Positions 28,799 through 38,896 are shown, counted from the stretch's first letter. The stretch: 49,488 nt of DNA from Candidatus Stahliibacteriota bacterium (GCA_016208615.1 JACQXS010000002.1:1-49488); one strand, 5' to 3'. Translations and numbers: made by a program. The notes: generated by a model not told the origin, from the letters alone.

Positions 28799-28896
28799 TT
28801 ACCTAACCTTCTTGGCGTTCCTTAATTGCCACGACCTTTAGGTCGTAGATAAAGATGGTTCAATTCCCGCCACCGCCTCCATTACCTAACCTTGGC
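28777..28896. repeat. ~40-bp imperfect direct duplication of the ssrA 3' end around a hairpin
   Basis: 28777-28816 vs 28857-28896. Spacer contains acgacc-ttta-ggtcgt. Confidence 0.9.
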
Positions 28897-30891
28897 AATC
28901 TTAAATGTAGCGGTGTAGGTTGGGGTTTTTAATAGACAGATATATATACCAGATGCTACTTCTTCATTAAGGGAGTTTTTACTATCCCACTCTACTTCTT
29001 TTTGTGAGCCAATAATTTGGAGCTTCTTTATCAATTTGCCTGAAAGCGTATAAATGTAGATTTCCCCATTATCCGCCTCCGGAATATCATATTTGATATA
29101 TGTATTATGAGTAAAAGGGGATGGATACCCGTATGGAATTAGTCTATCTTTCATTGATATAGGGTAAAGTTCACTCCACTGACTTTTATTTCCATTTTCA
29201 TCTTCCGCACACACCCGATACCAGTAAGTAGATTTTTCTTTCCTCTCCACATTAAAGGTAAGTTCTTCGCCCTTATATACAGTAGAGCAGGCACCAAATT
29301 TCCTCACCCTTATGTCATCAATGAACATCCAACTACCCCCCGTTGCCTCGTATTCAAGTTTTAGATACCCTGAACCAGGCAAAGAAATAGCTATCCACTT
29401 CCATATAGGTTCACCATCTGTAATAATAGAAGCTATAGTTATCCAATTAAGTGTATCTCTTGACCATTTACATTTTATATTACCCCCATTCTGCCAATAA
29501 AAGAAGTCAATCATTGCTCCTGCTTCAAATTGCACAGGACTAATAAGCTCCATACTCCCACCCGTAGAATAGAAGCTTTTTTGTCCTGTGTGTATATTAG
29601 CAGCAGAAATAGTAACTCCATTTAATTTCCAATTTATACCTCCCTCCTCTGCCCCATCATTCAAATATGCTTCAACTCCTTGCAATTCTTGCAACCCATA
29701 GCTCTTAACTGCGGTTAAATCATAACTTGCTGTCCAATTTATTTTAAGTGCATTGTTTTTCAAATATTCAATCCCTGAAATCTCACAAGGCAAAGGTGCA
29801 ACAGTATCCGGCACATTGTAAAACTTATACATAAACTTCTCCCACGCAGTATTTTTTGAAAAATCAAGTTCTATATAATCATATACCATAAGCATAAAAG
29901 TGCTATACCCTATCGGAAACCATACAGATATTCCATCCACTTCCTCTCCCAAATACTTGCAAAAACTACAATTAGTTAGAGTATTTTGTAATCTACTTGC
30001 ACTCACTTCTATTTCGCCTGACAGATTATCTGCTATGAAGCCAGCAAACTCTCCTATATCCACATACTCCATATTCCCAAACTCCCGTAATCTATCTCTG
30101 GCCGTATAGATTATAGGGTTTGTAGGGTCAGTTAGAAGAGATTGAACAAATTCCCTAACCCTTGCTGCTAATATTGGAACGCAGAACATATCTACCCTTA
30201 CAATGCTTAAAGTATCATTGCTTCCCGTATAATACTTAATATAATCACTTACTACGCTATCTGCTACTATTTGGACAGTTGTATTCTGATACTTTATTAA
30301 ATCTGTAAGTATGTAGTGGTATGGGAAGCCACTTAATGGCACCTTATCTTCAGAGGCAATAAAGTAATTGATATAGCTCGGAATTGCTGACATAACTTCT
30401 ATACCCCCCATTACACAGGCATCAAAAGCAAGTATATCAACAGTTCCTATCCCTGAAAGTGCATATGTCAATTCCCCCTCAGCTACTGATAACCAGTCTC
30501 TTGATGTTTCATCCCATCCTACACCTTTAGATTCGCCCTTTAGCCACCCATTTCCGTGGTCCCAGATAATTAAAAAGTAATGTTCTGCAGGATAATTCAG
30601 CTTTACCCACTTTCCGAACTCTATCAATGTTTTCGGGTCACCTGTATTTACCTCTCCTATATTTTCAATAAACTTAAGCGTATCGCGGGCTATAAAGTAC
30701 CGCTCAGCAGTGCTTGGTGAATGGGTATCCCAATAGTCTATTTGTGCCACTACATTTACAGATTGGGTAGAGCCAATAGTTTTTAGTTCCTCTATATCCT
30801 GTATAGCAAATTGTCCAATCCCATTATCCGCCGCAAAATAGCACGCCACCGTCCATTTACTGATATTGAGTATAAAAATTAATACCACCAT
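28882..30891 (-). CDS. Clostripain-family (C11) cysteine peptidase with FN3-like and FlgD/T9SS-type C-terminal domains
   Basis: KWTVACYFAADN, EVNTGDPKTL, YPAEHYFLIIWDHGNGW (His) and FDACVM (Cys). Tail YPSPF..IYTLSGKLI..WD.KN..VASGIY. Confidence 0.9.
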   Translation of the reverse strand: MVVLIFILNISKWTVACYFAADNGIGQFAIQDIEELKTIGSTQSVNVVAQIDYWDTHSPSTAERYFIARDTLKFIENIGEVNTGDPKTLIEFGKWVKLNYPAEHYFLIIWDHGNGWLKGESKGVGWDETSRDWLSVAEGELTYALSGIGTVDILAFDACVMGGIEVMSAIPSYINYFIASEDKVPLSGFPYHYILTDLIKYQNTTVQIVADSVVSDYIKYYTGSNDTLSIVRVDMFCVPILAARVREFVQSLLTDPTNPIIYTARDRLREFGNMEYVDIGEFAGFIADNLSGEIEVSASRLQNTLTNCSFCKYLGEEVDGISVWFPIGYSTFMLMVYDYIELDFSKNTAWEKFMYKFYNVPDTVAPLPCEISGIEYLKNNALKINWTASYDLTAVKSYGLQELQGVEAYLNDGAEEGGINWKLNGVTISAANIHTGQKSFYSTGGSMELISPVQFEAGAMIDFFYWQNGGNIKCKWSRDTLNWITIASIITDGEPIWKWIAISLPGSGYLKLEYEATGGSWMFIDDIRVRKFGACSTVYKGEELTFNVERKEKSTYWYRVCAEDENGNKSQWSELYPISMKDRLIPYGYPSPFTHNTYIKYDIPEADNGEIYIYTLSGKLIKKLQIIGSQKEVEWDSKNSLNEEVASGIYICLLKTPTYTATFKIAKVR

Positions 30892-30896
30892 ATAAT

Positions 30897-30930
30897 AAAG
30901 GGGCAGATTTTTATGCTTCCTGCCCCTTTT
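30897..30930. terminator. Hairpin with T-tracts on both strands, between the PorV-like and clostripain genes
   Basis: aaaggggcag...ctgcccctttt. Confidence 0.55.
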
Positions 30931-30972
30931 GTATTCTCCGCCAGAGGCGGATCCCGCTACTACGGGAAAATC

Positions 30973-32019
30973 TTATAATTCTAAATTTACCGCTACCCTA
31001 GGTGCGAGACCTAATTTCCTCATATCCTGTATCGCATAATCAACTGAAATAAGTCTTGTCCCCCCTATAGAATAATTTACACCTACCCCTCCACATATTC
31101 TTGCTGTTGCTTCTTCTCTATCCGTTGTACCTTCCTCTTCTTGTATATCCGGGTCATATATATATCCTATTCTTAAATTAAGCATCTTCATTATACAATT
31201 TTCCACCCCTATATGCACTTTTTCCGCACCATCATTTGGGGAGGATAAGTCAGCCGCTACTGTTAATCTATTCATAGGCACATCTATTATATCGTATGCC
31301 AACCCTAATTTGATACACAATGGTAAATCGTATGGAGTAGCTCTTTTGGCAATATCAGTTGGCGAAATTCCCGATTCAGTACCATCTTCTGTCCACTGTT
31401 CAAAAAGATGTCCTCCCCCATAACACATTTTCGGACCAAAGTTTTTAATCACAAATCCAAACCTCAATGACCCCCAATAACCGGGATAAAAATACATCCC
31501 CATATCCATTGCTATTCCTTGTGCTCTTATATCCCATATTCCCTCTTGCAAATACCTAATATTCGTCCCGAATGCAAATTTATCAGTCATCATCCTGGCG
31601 TATGAAATGCCACAAGCTATTGCCGTATAACTCCAAGTAGTATATTTATTCCCAACCTGGTCCTCCGTTGTGGTTACAGGTTCTTGTGATGATGTCAGTG
31701 CTGATAATGATAGTCCTACATTCCCCATCAATGCCCCCGGTATTATGTAAGCTATAAAATTATTCCTAATCCCTGCAAACCACTCTACATCCGATGAAGC
31801 TATTACCGGTCGCTTAATCAGTGCCAAGCCCGCCGGATTCCAATGAATAGCAAATGGGTCTTTTGTCACAGCAGTATAAGCTTCGCCCATCCCTATTCCT
31901 TTTGGGTCAATTCCAATTTTTAAGAACTCTGCCCCTATTGTGCCGACCTTTGAAAACCGTTCAGCAAATATATTTACTCCTATTAGCAAAACTATTATCA
32001 TTAATCCTACCTTTTTCAT
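30973..32019 (-). CDS. PorV/PorQ (UPF0164)-like outer-membrane barrel
   Basis: Start MKKVGL after a GGAGG RBS. KVGTIGAEFLKIG..GMGEAYTAV..HWNPAGLA, AMDMG and NFGP motifs. Confidence 0.85.
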   Translation of the reverse strand: MKKVGLMIIVLLIGVNIFAERFSKVGTIGAEFLKIGIDPKGIGMGEAYTAVTKDPFAIHWNPAGLALIKRPVIASSDVEWFAGIRNNFIAYIIPGALMGNVGLSLSALTSSQEPVTTTEDQVGNKYTTWSYTAIACGISYARMMTDKFAFGTNIRYLQEGIWDIRAQGIAMDMGMYFYPGYWGSLRFGFVIKNFGPKMCYGGGHLFEQWTEDGTESGISPTDIAKRATPYDLPLCIKLGLAYDIIDVPMNRLTVAADLSSPNDGAEKVHIGVENCIMKMLNLRIGYIYDPDIQEEEGTTDREEATARICGGVGVNYSIGGTRLISVDYAIQDMRKLGLAPRVAVNLEL

Positions 32020-32039
32020 CTCCCCTCCTCTTTTTTTAA

Positions 32040-32199
32040 CAAATCCTAAATTCCAAGCACTAAATCCTAAACTCAGCCAGAGGCTGATGAGCCTCTGGCT
32101 CAAAATCCTAAATCCCAAAATCCAAACATTTTTGTTTGGAAATTTGAATTTGAGACCTTGGAATTTGTTTAGAATTTAGGATTTCGGATTTAGAATTTC
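32040..32199. repeat. Gene-less element: YAAA arm with 30-bp palindrome insert, followed by inverted TTTR arm
   Basis: Tetramers at 32040, 32047, 32054, 32061 and 32068, insert at 32072-32101, then 32102, 32109, 32116 and 32123. Right arm contains tttgttta. Confidence 0.85.
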
Positions 32200-32216
32200 T
32201 CATTTTTGAGCCCTTT

Positions 32217-35200
32217 TTATCTAATTATTGCCAATTTACCTACTTTAGAGTTCTTGTTGGGCGTCGTAACCATATAAAGATACACTCCACTGGCAATTAT
32301 TTGGTCATTCTTAGTTAGCATATCCCATTTTTCCATCCCTCCCAGATTCCCTGGCATTCCACCTACTGAAGTTTCCTTATGGTCAATTACTCGTATAAGG
32401 TCACCTGCCAAAGTATAAATCCTAATCGTACACTCGGATGGCAAATTAGTGAACTGTATCCACCTATAATCATTACTTTTATCCCAGATTGTTCTCACTA
32501 AATAAGGATTAGGCACTACCCTTATTTTGTCCAATTGATGCAACAAACTATCGTATTTAACTTTTGTCGTCTTAATCGTAAATTCGTTTCCTTTGCAAGG
32601 TACTCTAACAGCACAAGAACTGTAAATCGTCCAGATATCGCCTTCCTTAATACTATTGAACCCATTTGTCGTCATAGGACTACCAGCATTAAAGTTATAC
32701 AACACTCCCGCTATATATAATTTACTTGCTTTCTTACTTGCGGTTATCCAATTTCTTGGTTTATTGTGTGGTGGAGATGGGGGTGTTCCCCTAAAACACC
32801 AGCCGGTATTTAAGGTAGAGTCAAATGGAATTTCTATATCATTAGTTATATCCCACACTTCCGCTCTTAATGTATCCCCTGTCTTATACCACCTAATTTC
32901 TACATTTACTCCCCCTCTATAAGCCCATTTTTTGTTTTCCAGTGTAGTATAAATACCATCGCTGCTCGAGTTAGGGACAAAGAATCCACATATTTGCAAT
33001 CCTAATGAATCTGCATATTCACCAGTAGTCACGCATATAGAATCAGGTATCTTAAAAGCACTAATATCAATTATAGTAGTATCTATTATTGTATCCGGTG
33101 GAATAGTATCAATAATGGTAGTATCTATTGTAGTATCCCTCTTTTCAGTCAGGTCTAATGTAACCTTACCCTGCAATCTTATTCCATCAAATACCGGTGT
33201 CATAAAGGTTGTTGCCCATTCTCTAATCGTATCTTTTTGCACACTAATATACTTCTCTTCTTCCAAAGTAAGTTCTATTGGCTCCGGTATAGTAGTTACA
33301 TATTCTCCCTCAGTCTGGTTATAGATTCTATACGAATAAACGGGCAACACTATAGCACCTGGCTGTTCTGTTGGTTTGGCTTCTGCCCTTTTCGTCTCGT
33401 CCCATTTCAGTATATACTCATCTCCTGTTACAGCAATAGGCGTTTCTACTAAGGATGTAAGCGTTACAGTATTTGTCGCCCCTTTAGTCAAATTCGGTAT
33501 TGCTGTGGGATGGATAATATTTTCCGGCTCCGACCTTGGCGTACAAGTTATAGCTTTATATCCTGCTTCTAATGAACCCCAAACATTAAGATTAGGGGTG
33601 TTGGGATTCCCTAAGGTATTAAAATCGTAAGGCGTTACGGCATAAAAGTAAGATACCCCGTTGATTATATCCTCATCTACATATGAGTAGGCTAACCCAC
33701 TATTCTTACTATTTTGTCCACTCATATTACCATAACCCGGAATATAAGAATCACCGGGCAATAAAGTTATATCATTCTTTACATCCCATTGTCCTATAAC
33801 CTCCCACTCGCCCGTAATTCCTGTCCTTGACCTCCATAACCTGTAGCCCTCAAAATCATATTCCTTATACAGTGAGTCATTTGCCGACCTCATCACTCCC
33901 AGCCACTCATCCGGTACATTTTCAGACGAATTATCCCAAACAATGGTCACCTTCCCATCCCCGGGGACAACAATAACATTAGGCACTGGGGGTGCTGACA
34001 ATACAGGCCATCTATACCACGAAATTATAGTATCCGCACAGGTATCAGAGACTAAAACCCTACCATTATACATAAATTGTGCTACATCGCCCTGCTCAAG
34101 TAAATACTCCTTATCCCTTGTATCTCCATTAGAGAACATAACTCCAAACATAAGTGTATCTATTTCTCCGGGGTCCATTGTAAAAGGCCCGCACCCCATA
34201 ACCATTCTTTTATCAGCAGGATTATAGTCAGCCGCACTTCCAAACGGGTCATATTTAAAGCTCTCTATATTATATCCGGCTAACATTTGATATTTTTGCT
34301 CTTCGGTCCTTGCATCATAACCTCTCGTGCATCGGGAAAATGCAGTCAACGGTATATTCTCCCCCGGATAGATAGTATCTTTAGGCCCCTCGGTCACAGT
34401 CGTCCCAAATACAAATATCGTATCATCCGCTGTCGGTCCTTGGAAGAACTTTTTACCTACATAATAGGGTGGCGTAGCACTCCATCCCGGTTCCTGCGTA
34501 GGACTCATCGTCCAGCCCAAACTCCTTCCTATATCTAATCCTAACAAGTCATCATCCGCATATCCCACATCATCATCCGCGGCATGCCCAAGGAACACAT
34601 TTTTAAGTGTATCATCGCTTATATTTTTAATATAATAAAAGAAGAATATCATATTCTTAGTTTTCTCTGTATTCCATGCCATGGTCATTTGCTCTATATG
34701 TATTCCTAAAGGATATGTTCCCGCTTCCCACCTATGCAAAGAGTCGCACAAATCATTATATTCACACCAAGTATCGTGATGCGAAATAAAAATCGGCTCC
34801 CCGCTACAATCTCTATAAGGCCATAATAAGGTATCTTGCGTACTATCTGAGAAAAGTATTCTATTTTCTGGATGCGAGTTATGATTTTCGAATTGGTCCC
34901 ATATATCTTGTGAATCTGGAGGCCCCGGTATAAAGTCACATCCATTTCCAACTGGATTGTAACCACACGATACAAGTATATCTCCTATAAGTGTATCAGG
35001 TAGCGATCCATATCCTGTGGTTCGTTGAAAAGCATACACTGTTCCACCTGCTCGCTCTATAAATGCTCCTACCCATATTCCAGCTCCAAATATATATGGT
35101 TGACCTGTTCCCTTGGGCCAATAACAACCTGCACTATGCGCTTCACTCATTCCGAATGTCCCATAATTCGTAATCGGCATATCCACTTCATTTATCTTTA

Positions 35201-35306
35201 CCCGCTGTAACTCAAATATCTTTGTCCCATCTACTGGCTTCTTCGCCTCTGCCAATGCTACTACTAATAGCATACTTATTGCTATTCCACAAATCCTTTT
35301 TCCCAT
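32217..35306 (-). CDS. Large secreted protein with FN3-like domain and T9SS/FlgD-like C-terminus
   Basis: Start MGKRICG after a GGAGG RBS, with signal peptide. TNYG..WPKG..IFGAGIWVG, FEGYRLWRS, NGVSYFYAVTPYD and IRVVPNPY..FTNLP..IYTLAGDLI..IASGVYLY. Confidence 0.85.
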   Translation of the reverse strand: MGKRICGIAISMLLVVALAEAKKPVDGTKIFELQRVKINEVDMPITNYGTFGMSEAHSAGCYWPKGTGQPYIFGAGIWVGAFIERAGGTVYAFQRTTGYGSLPDTLIGDILVSCGYNPVGNGCDFIPGPPDSQDIWDQFENHNSHPENRILFSDSTQDTLLWPYRDCSGEPIFISHHDTWCEYNDLCDSLHRWEAGTYPLGIHIEQMTMAWNTEKTKNMIFFFYYIKNISDDTLKNVFLGHAADDDVGYADDDLLGLDIGRSLGWTMSPTQEPGWSATPPYYVGKKFFQGPTADDTIFVFGTTVTEGPKDTIYPGENIPLTAFSRCTRGYDARTEEQKYQMLAGYNIESFKYDPFGSAADYNPADKRMVMGCGPFTMDPGEIDTLMFGVMFSNGDTRDKEYLLEQGDVAQFMYNGRVLVSDTCADTIISWYRWPVLSAPPVPNVIVVPGDGKVTIVWDNSSENVPDEWLGVMRSANDSLYKEYDFEGYRLWRSRTGITGEWEVIGQWDVKNDITLLPGDSYIPGYGNMSGQNSKNSGLAYSYVDEDIINGVSYFYAVTPYDFNTLGNPNTPNLNVWGSLEAGYKAITCTPRSEPENIIHPTAIPNLTKGATNTVTLTSLVETPIAVTGDEYILKWDETKRAEAKPTEQPGAIVLPVYSYRIYNQTEGEYVTTIPEPIELTLEEEKYISVQKDTIREWATTFMTPVFDGIRLQGKVTLDLTEKRDTTIDTTIIDTIPPDTIIDTTIIDISAFKIPDSICVTTGEYADSLGLQICGFFVPNSSSDGIYTTLENKKWAYRGGVNVEIRWYKTGDTLRAEVWDITNDIEIPFDSTLNTGWCFRGTPPSPPHNKPRNWITASKKASKLYIAGVLYNFNAGSPMTTNGFNSIKEGDIWTIYSSCAVRVPCKGNEFTIKTTKVKYDSLLHQLDKIRVVPNPYLVRTIWDKSNDYRWIQFTNLPSECTIRIYTLAGDLIRVIDHKETSVGGMPGNLGGMEKWDMLTKNDQIIASGVYLYMVTTPNKNSKVGKLAIIR

Positions 35307-35329
35307 TATTCCTCCCTCCTTAATCATAT

Positions 35330-35466
35330 AAAGTTCAAATGTCAAGAATCTTTTCCTTTCTTTGACATTTGGATTTGATTTGTCCCGCATTAGCGGGATC
35401 CCAAAGAAAGCGGGAAACTTTAATCTTTGGCATTTGAACTTTAACTTTAACTTTAACTTTAACTTT
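35330..35466. repeat. Heptamer-arm element with nested 33-bp double palindrome and (aacttt)n tail
   Basis: aagttcaaatgtcaag...tttgacatttggatttgatttg[35383-35415]aactttaatctttggcatttg(aacttt)x5. Confidence 0.85.
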
Positions 35467-35474
35467 TTTTATCT

Positions 35475-38400
35475 CTACCAAGTAAAAGCAATTCCGAAAG
35501 TCATTTTCCTTGAGTCAGAAAAAGCTGCACCATACCCATTTATTGCATCCTTATACGCTAATTCGTATGACCTATACCACTCATCTTTAGTTACATATCC
35601 GTCTGCATCTATATCTCTACGGGCATCAGCAGTCCAATAACCTCCATTAGGATATACTGGAACTTTCCCTACTTTGTTATATTCTGATGGAAATGTCTGG
35701 TCTATGTAAGTATCAAAATCTTGGAAGTTCCCATCATCATCCGTCTTCCCTGTTCCATCATAAATATCCAACACATTCTTCTTATTAAACAAATTCGCTA
35801 TTTCTGCAAACACATAAAACTTCTGCTTAAATATGCTAAAATCCTTCCTAAACTTCATATCCGTATTTTCATTCCACGGCAAATTACGGGCATTCCTTTC
35901 GCCAACTATATTACCTTTTGTATCTCTTTCTGTCCAGGGCAATCCGCTCCCAATTTGGGTCACAAAATTGAGATTAGAATTACCAAGTATCATTATAGAT
36001 GCAGGAATACTTATATTAGTATTGATATTTAGCACATGGCGTTGGTCAAATTCCAGTGCAAATACAGTCTTGGGAAGCATATATGGTTCGCCTGTACGAG
36101 GGTCAATAGGGGTATTGGCTATGTAATCAAGATACGCTTCGCGTTCCGAAGATGATGTTCCCTCTGCAAAAGATAATGTGTAAGTTATTCCACCTGATAA
36201 CCATTTGGCGGCCCGCTTTTCAAAAGAGACCTCCACGCCCTTCACATTCCCGTAATCAGAAGTCATATAAATACTATAACTATTTGGTAGTGCCTTCACA
36301 TATCTTAGTCCTATAAGATTATATATATCTTTATAAAAAGCCGTCAAATGAATTGCCATTTCTTCTCCAATCTGATGTCCCAGCCCTATTTCATATTGAG
36401 TTGTCCACTCTGTCCCTAAATTCGGCGACCCTATAATTGGCCACGCTCCTACTGTATTCAGATATAGTGTTTTATATGAATCATAAAGCAAACTCATTTT
36501 TGGGGTCTGGAAGAAATGTCCATATGATAAGTGAAATACAGTTCGTTCTGTAACAGGGAACGAAATTCCAAACCTTGGCGATATTTGTGATTTTGGAAGT
36601 GTCCCTGATGTGTCTGGAATACTTTTAAAGATAGTATCACCATGAACAATAATAGTATCAATCCGTTTAGTCATCTCCATATTGTTTATTTTCCATGTAT
36701 TGGCATCAAACCAATCGTATCTAAGGCCAATATTCAATACAAAGCCAGGGTACTCAATTTTATCCTGTATATATGCATACCCTTCTTTTGGTTTTTCATT
36801 ATATTCGTCAAAATACAAACAGTTTGACAATCTTTTCGTTTCTACGGAATCACCCTGAATTAGTTCTTTCTTATATATTACCCATGCCGAATCTCCCATT
36901 GGTCCATAATCACTATATCTGTACCATACTGTATCGTATATTGTGTCGTTTCCTACTGTCCGAAAAGTGCCGGGGAAATACCATCGTAGTGAATCATCTA
37001 TCCTAATTTTTTTTGCTGGTGAGGTACCAGAAAGATATTGTGCGGAATTATATTTAACAGTTAGATGATTGTTCCCCCCAATTCCGAATTTTATTTGATG
37101 ATGCGTTCCTAATTGAGATGTCATATCAAACTTTGCTCCGTAGTACTCATTTTCACGCTCATTCCACCGAGCATCACCTCTTGTGGTAAAAAGACTCGGC
37201 ACTCCATATGGGTAATAATAATTACTATCCTTATCCACTGCCTGCCATCCTGGTGATGAAAGTTCGCCTGAACCATATGCTATATCAAACCACCACGGCT
37301 TTATTTCAAAATCTTCCCACCAGTTATGCTTTTCATCCCAGTTATCTACAAAATTAATTAATAAAGTATCAAAGCTAATTAAAGTATCACCGTCGGTTAT
37401 TGTAGTATCCGAGGTATAGATAGAATCCATCGGGGTAGCTGGTCTTTCTCTTTTTCCTGTCACAGTATGTGTATGGAAATGTCCTACTCTTAATGTATAA
37501 AATAGCCAAGGTTTTACATCATGCGTCAGTGCCAATGTAAGCTGATTAGCTTTATTAATAGTACTTAGTCTATACCTCGGCATACAATACCTTTGCCCAG
37601 AACTCCCATACTGGATACGATTCATAAATCCGCCGATATCAACCTTTACTCCTGTTATTGGCTTATACCCAACTTTACCTTGTATTGAATAGTATTCGCG
37701 GTCTGTATTTGAATATCCTGTCAGGGACCATCCCTTTGCTAATCCTCTTTCCCCGTGATATGTGCTATCCCATGCTGTTTTAAATATACTTGTTGTATCC
37801 TGCCAAGTTTTTAGTGATGTATTTTTCCATCCTTCAAAATGGTCTCTTGAAAATACTTCCCCTGATAAGAAATACGATAACTTATTATACAATGGGAATG
37901 GTCCGCCAATACTCATCTCGGTTCTATTTGTTCCCTCACTAATAGGTGATGCCCTGTCTGTCTGTGTTCTGAGCAATCCCTCAAACTTTCGCCCCTCTCG
38001 GGTGACTAAATTTACCAATCCCGACATCGCCTGTCCATATTCCGCATTAAATCCACCCGTAGTAATTGTCATCTCTTTCACGGCGACCATACTAATACTT
38101 GCACCCGCACCTCCGGATATTGGGTCCTTAATAGACATTCCATCCACCATATACGCTACCTCATCTGCTCTTCCGCCGCGTATATGGACACCACCGGTTG
38201 CCCCTGATGCTCCACCCCCTGAATTTACTACTCCTGCTTGCTGTGTAAGAATATCCGTCTGACTATGCACAGCCTGGCGGTCTATTTGCTTAGTCTCTAC
38301 CACTTTTGTCGTGGCAGTAGCATCGGGAATGACCATAGGCCGTGTAGCTTTTACCGTGAAAGTTTCCATCTGAATAGCCATAGGTTCAAGGTCAAAATTT

Positions 38401-38690
38401 ATGGTCGTGGTAAGGTCAATTGATACCATTACCTCTTTCTTAACCATTACCCTATATCCCATCATTGATGCCTTGACATCATATGTACCGGGTGTGATAT
38501 TTAGGATATAATACTCTCCATTTATATTAGTTGCGGCTCCAAATCTCGTTTCCTCAATTGTTATATTTACTCCCTGCAATGCCTTGCCACTTGTCTTATC
38601 TACTACTCTACCTGCTATTTTTCCCGTTACCCCTGCCCATAGAGGCATAAAAACAACTACCCCTATAAATGTAAAAGCAAATCTTTTCAC
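35475..38690 (-). CDS. TonB-dependent receptor with N-terminal carboxypeptidase-regulatory-like domain
   Basis: Signal peptide, then GKIAGRVVDK. Plug HIRGGRADEVAYMVDG, TGGFNAEYG. Barrel GLRYD, ISPRFGISFP, SYGHFFQ, NLFNKKN. Terminal Trp. Confidence 0.93.
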   Translation of the reverse strand: MKRFAFTFIGVVVFMPLWAGVTGKIAGRVVDKTSGKALQGVNITIEETRFGAATNINGEYYILNITPGTYDVKASMMGYRVMVKKEVMVSIDLTTTINFDLEPMAIQMETFTVKATRPMVIPDATATTKVVETKQIDRQAVHSQTDILTQQAGVVNSGGGASGATGGVHIRGGRADEVAYMVDGMSIKDPISGGAGASISMVAVKEMTITTGGFNAEYGQAMSGLVNLVTREGRKFEGLLRTQTDRASPISEGTNRTEMSIGGPFPLYNKLSYFLSGEVFSRDHFEGWKNTSLKTWQDTTSIFKTAWDSTYHGERGLAKGWSLTGYSNTDREYYSIQGKVGYKPITGVKVDIGGFMNRIQYGSSGQRYCMPRYRLSTINKANQLTLALTHDVKPWLFYTLRVGHFHTHTVTGKRERPATPMDSIYTSDTTITDGDTLISFDTLLINFVDNWDEKHNWWEDFEIKPWWFDIAYGSGELSSPGWQAVDKDSNYYYPYGVPSLFTTRGDARWNERENEYYGAKFDMTSQLGTHHQIKFGIGGNNHLTVKYNSAQYLSGTSPAKKIRIDDSLRWYFPGTFRTVGNDTIYDTVWYRYSDYGPMGDSAWVIYKKELIQGDSVETKRLSNCLYFDEYNEKPKEGYAYIQDKIEYPGFVLNIGLRYDWFDANTWKINNMEMTKRIDTIIVHGDTIFKSIPDTSGTLPKSQISPRFGISFPVTERTVFHLSYGHFFQTPKMSLLYDSYKTLYLNTVGAWPIIGSPNLGTEWTTQYEIGLGHQIGEEMAIHLTAFYKDIYNLIGLRYVKALPNSYSIYMTSDYGNVKGVEVSFEKRAAKWLSGGITYTLSFAEGTSSSEREAYLDYIANTPIDPRTGEPYMLPKTVFALEFDQRHVLNINTNISIPASIMILGNSNLNFVTQIGSGLPWTERDTKGNIVGERNARNLPWNENTDMKFRKDFSIFKQKFYVFAEIANLFNKKNVLDIYDGTGKTDDDGNFQDFDTYIDQTFPSEYNKVGKVPVYPNGGYWTADARRDIDADGYVTKDEWYRSYELAYKDAINGYGAAFSDSRKMTFGIAFTW

Positions 38691-38821
38691 CTTTCCCTCC
38701 TTCTTAAAATAACTTAACTATACCTACTGCCACAAAATCACTCCCGCTTGCTTCGGGATTTTCAATAAAACACTAAAATACACAAAAAATCATACAGTAA
38801 AATATCATTATCCTCCTTGCT

Positions 38822-38853
38822 ATAAAATAAAGGGTAGGAATTTCTTCCTACCC
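38822..38853 (-). terminator. Intrinsic terminator-like hairpin
   Basis: gggtaggaa-N4-ttcctaccc followed on the minus strand by tttattttat. Confidence 0.6.
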
Positions 38854-38896
38854 GCCTCTCTCTTCTTTTTTTGTTCCCCATTATCACCGAATACTG

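Noticed and set aside
28799..28900. Prophage or genomic island integrated at ssrA
   Set aside because: Only 40 bp separate the repeats and there is no integrase. At most a scar.
32020..32118. N-terminal extensions of ORF-track calls (PorV-like from 32118; also starts at 35390, 41828, 17061, 14440)
   Set aside because: The extensions run through repeat or promoter DNA. Downstream ATGs have an RBS, a signal peptide or a family-typical start.
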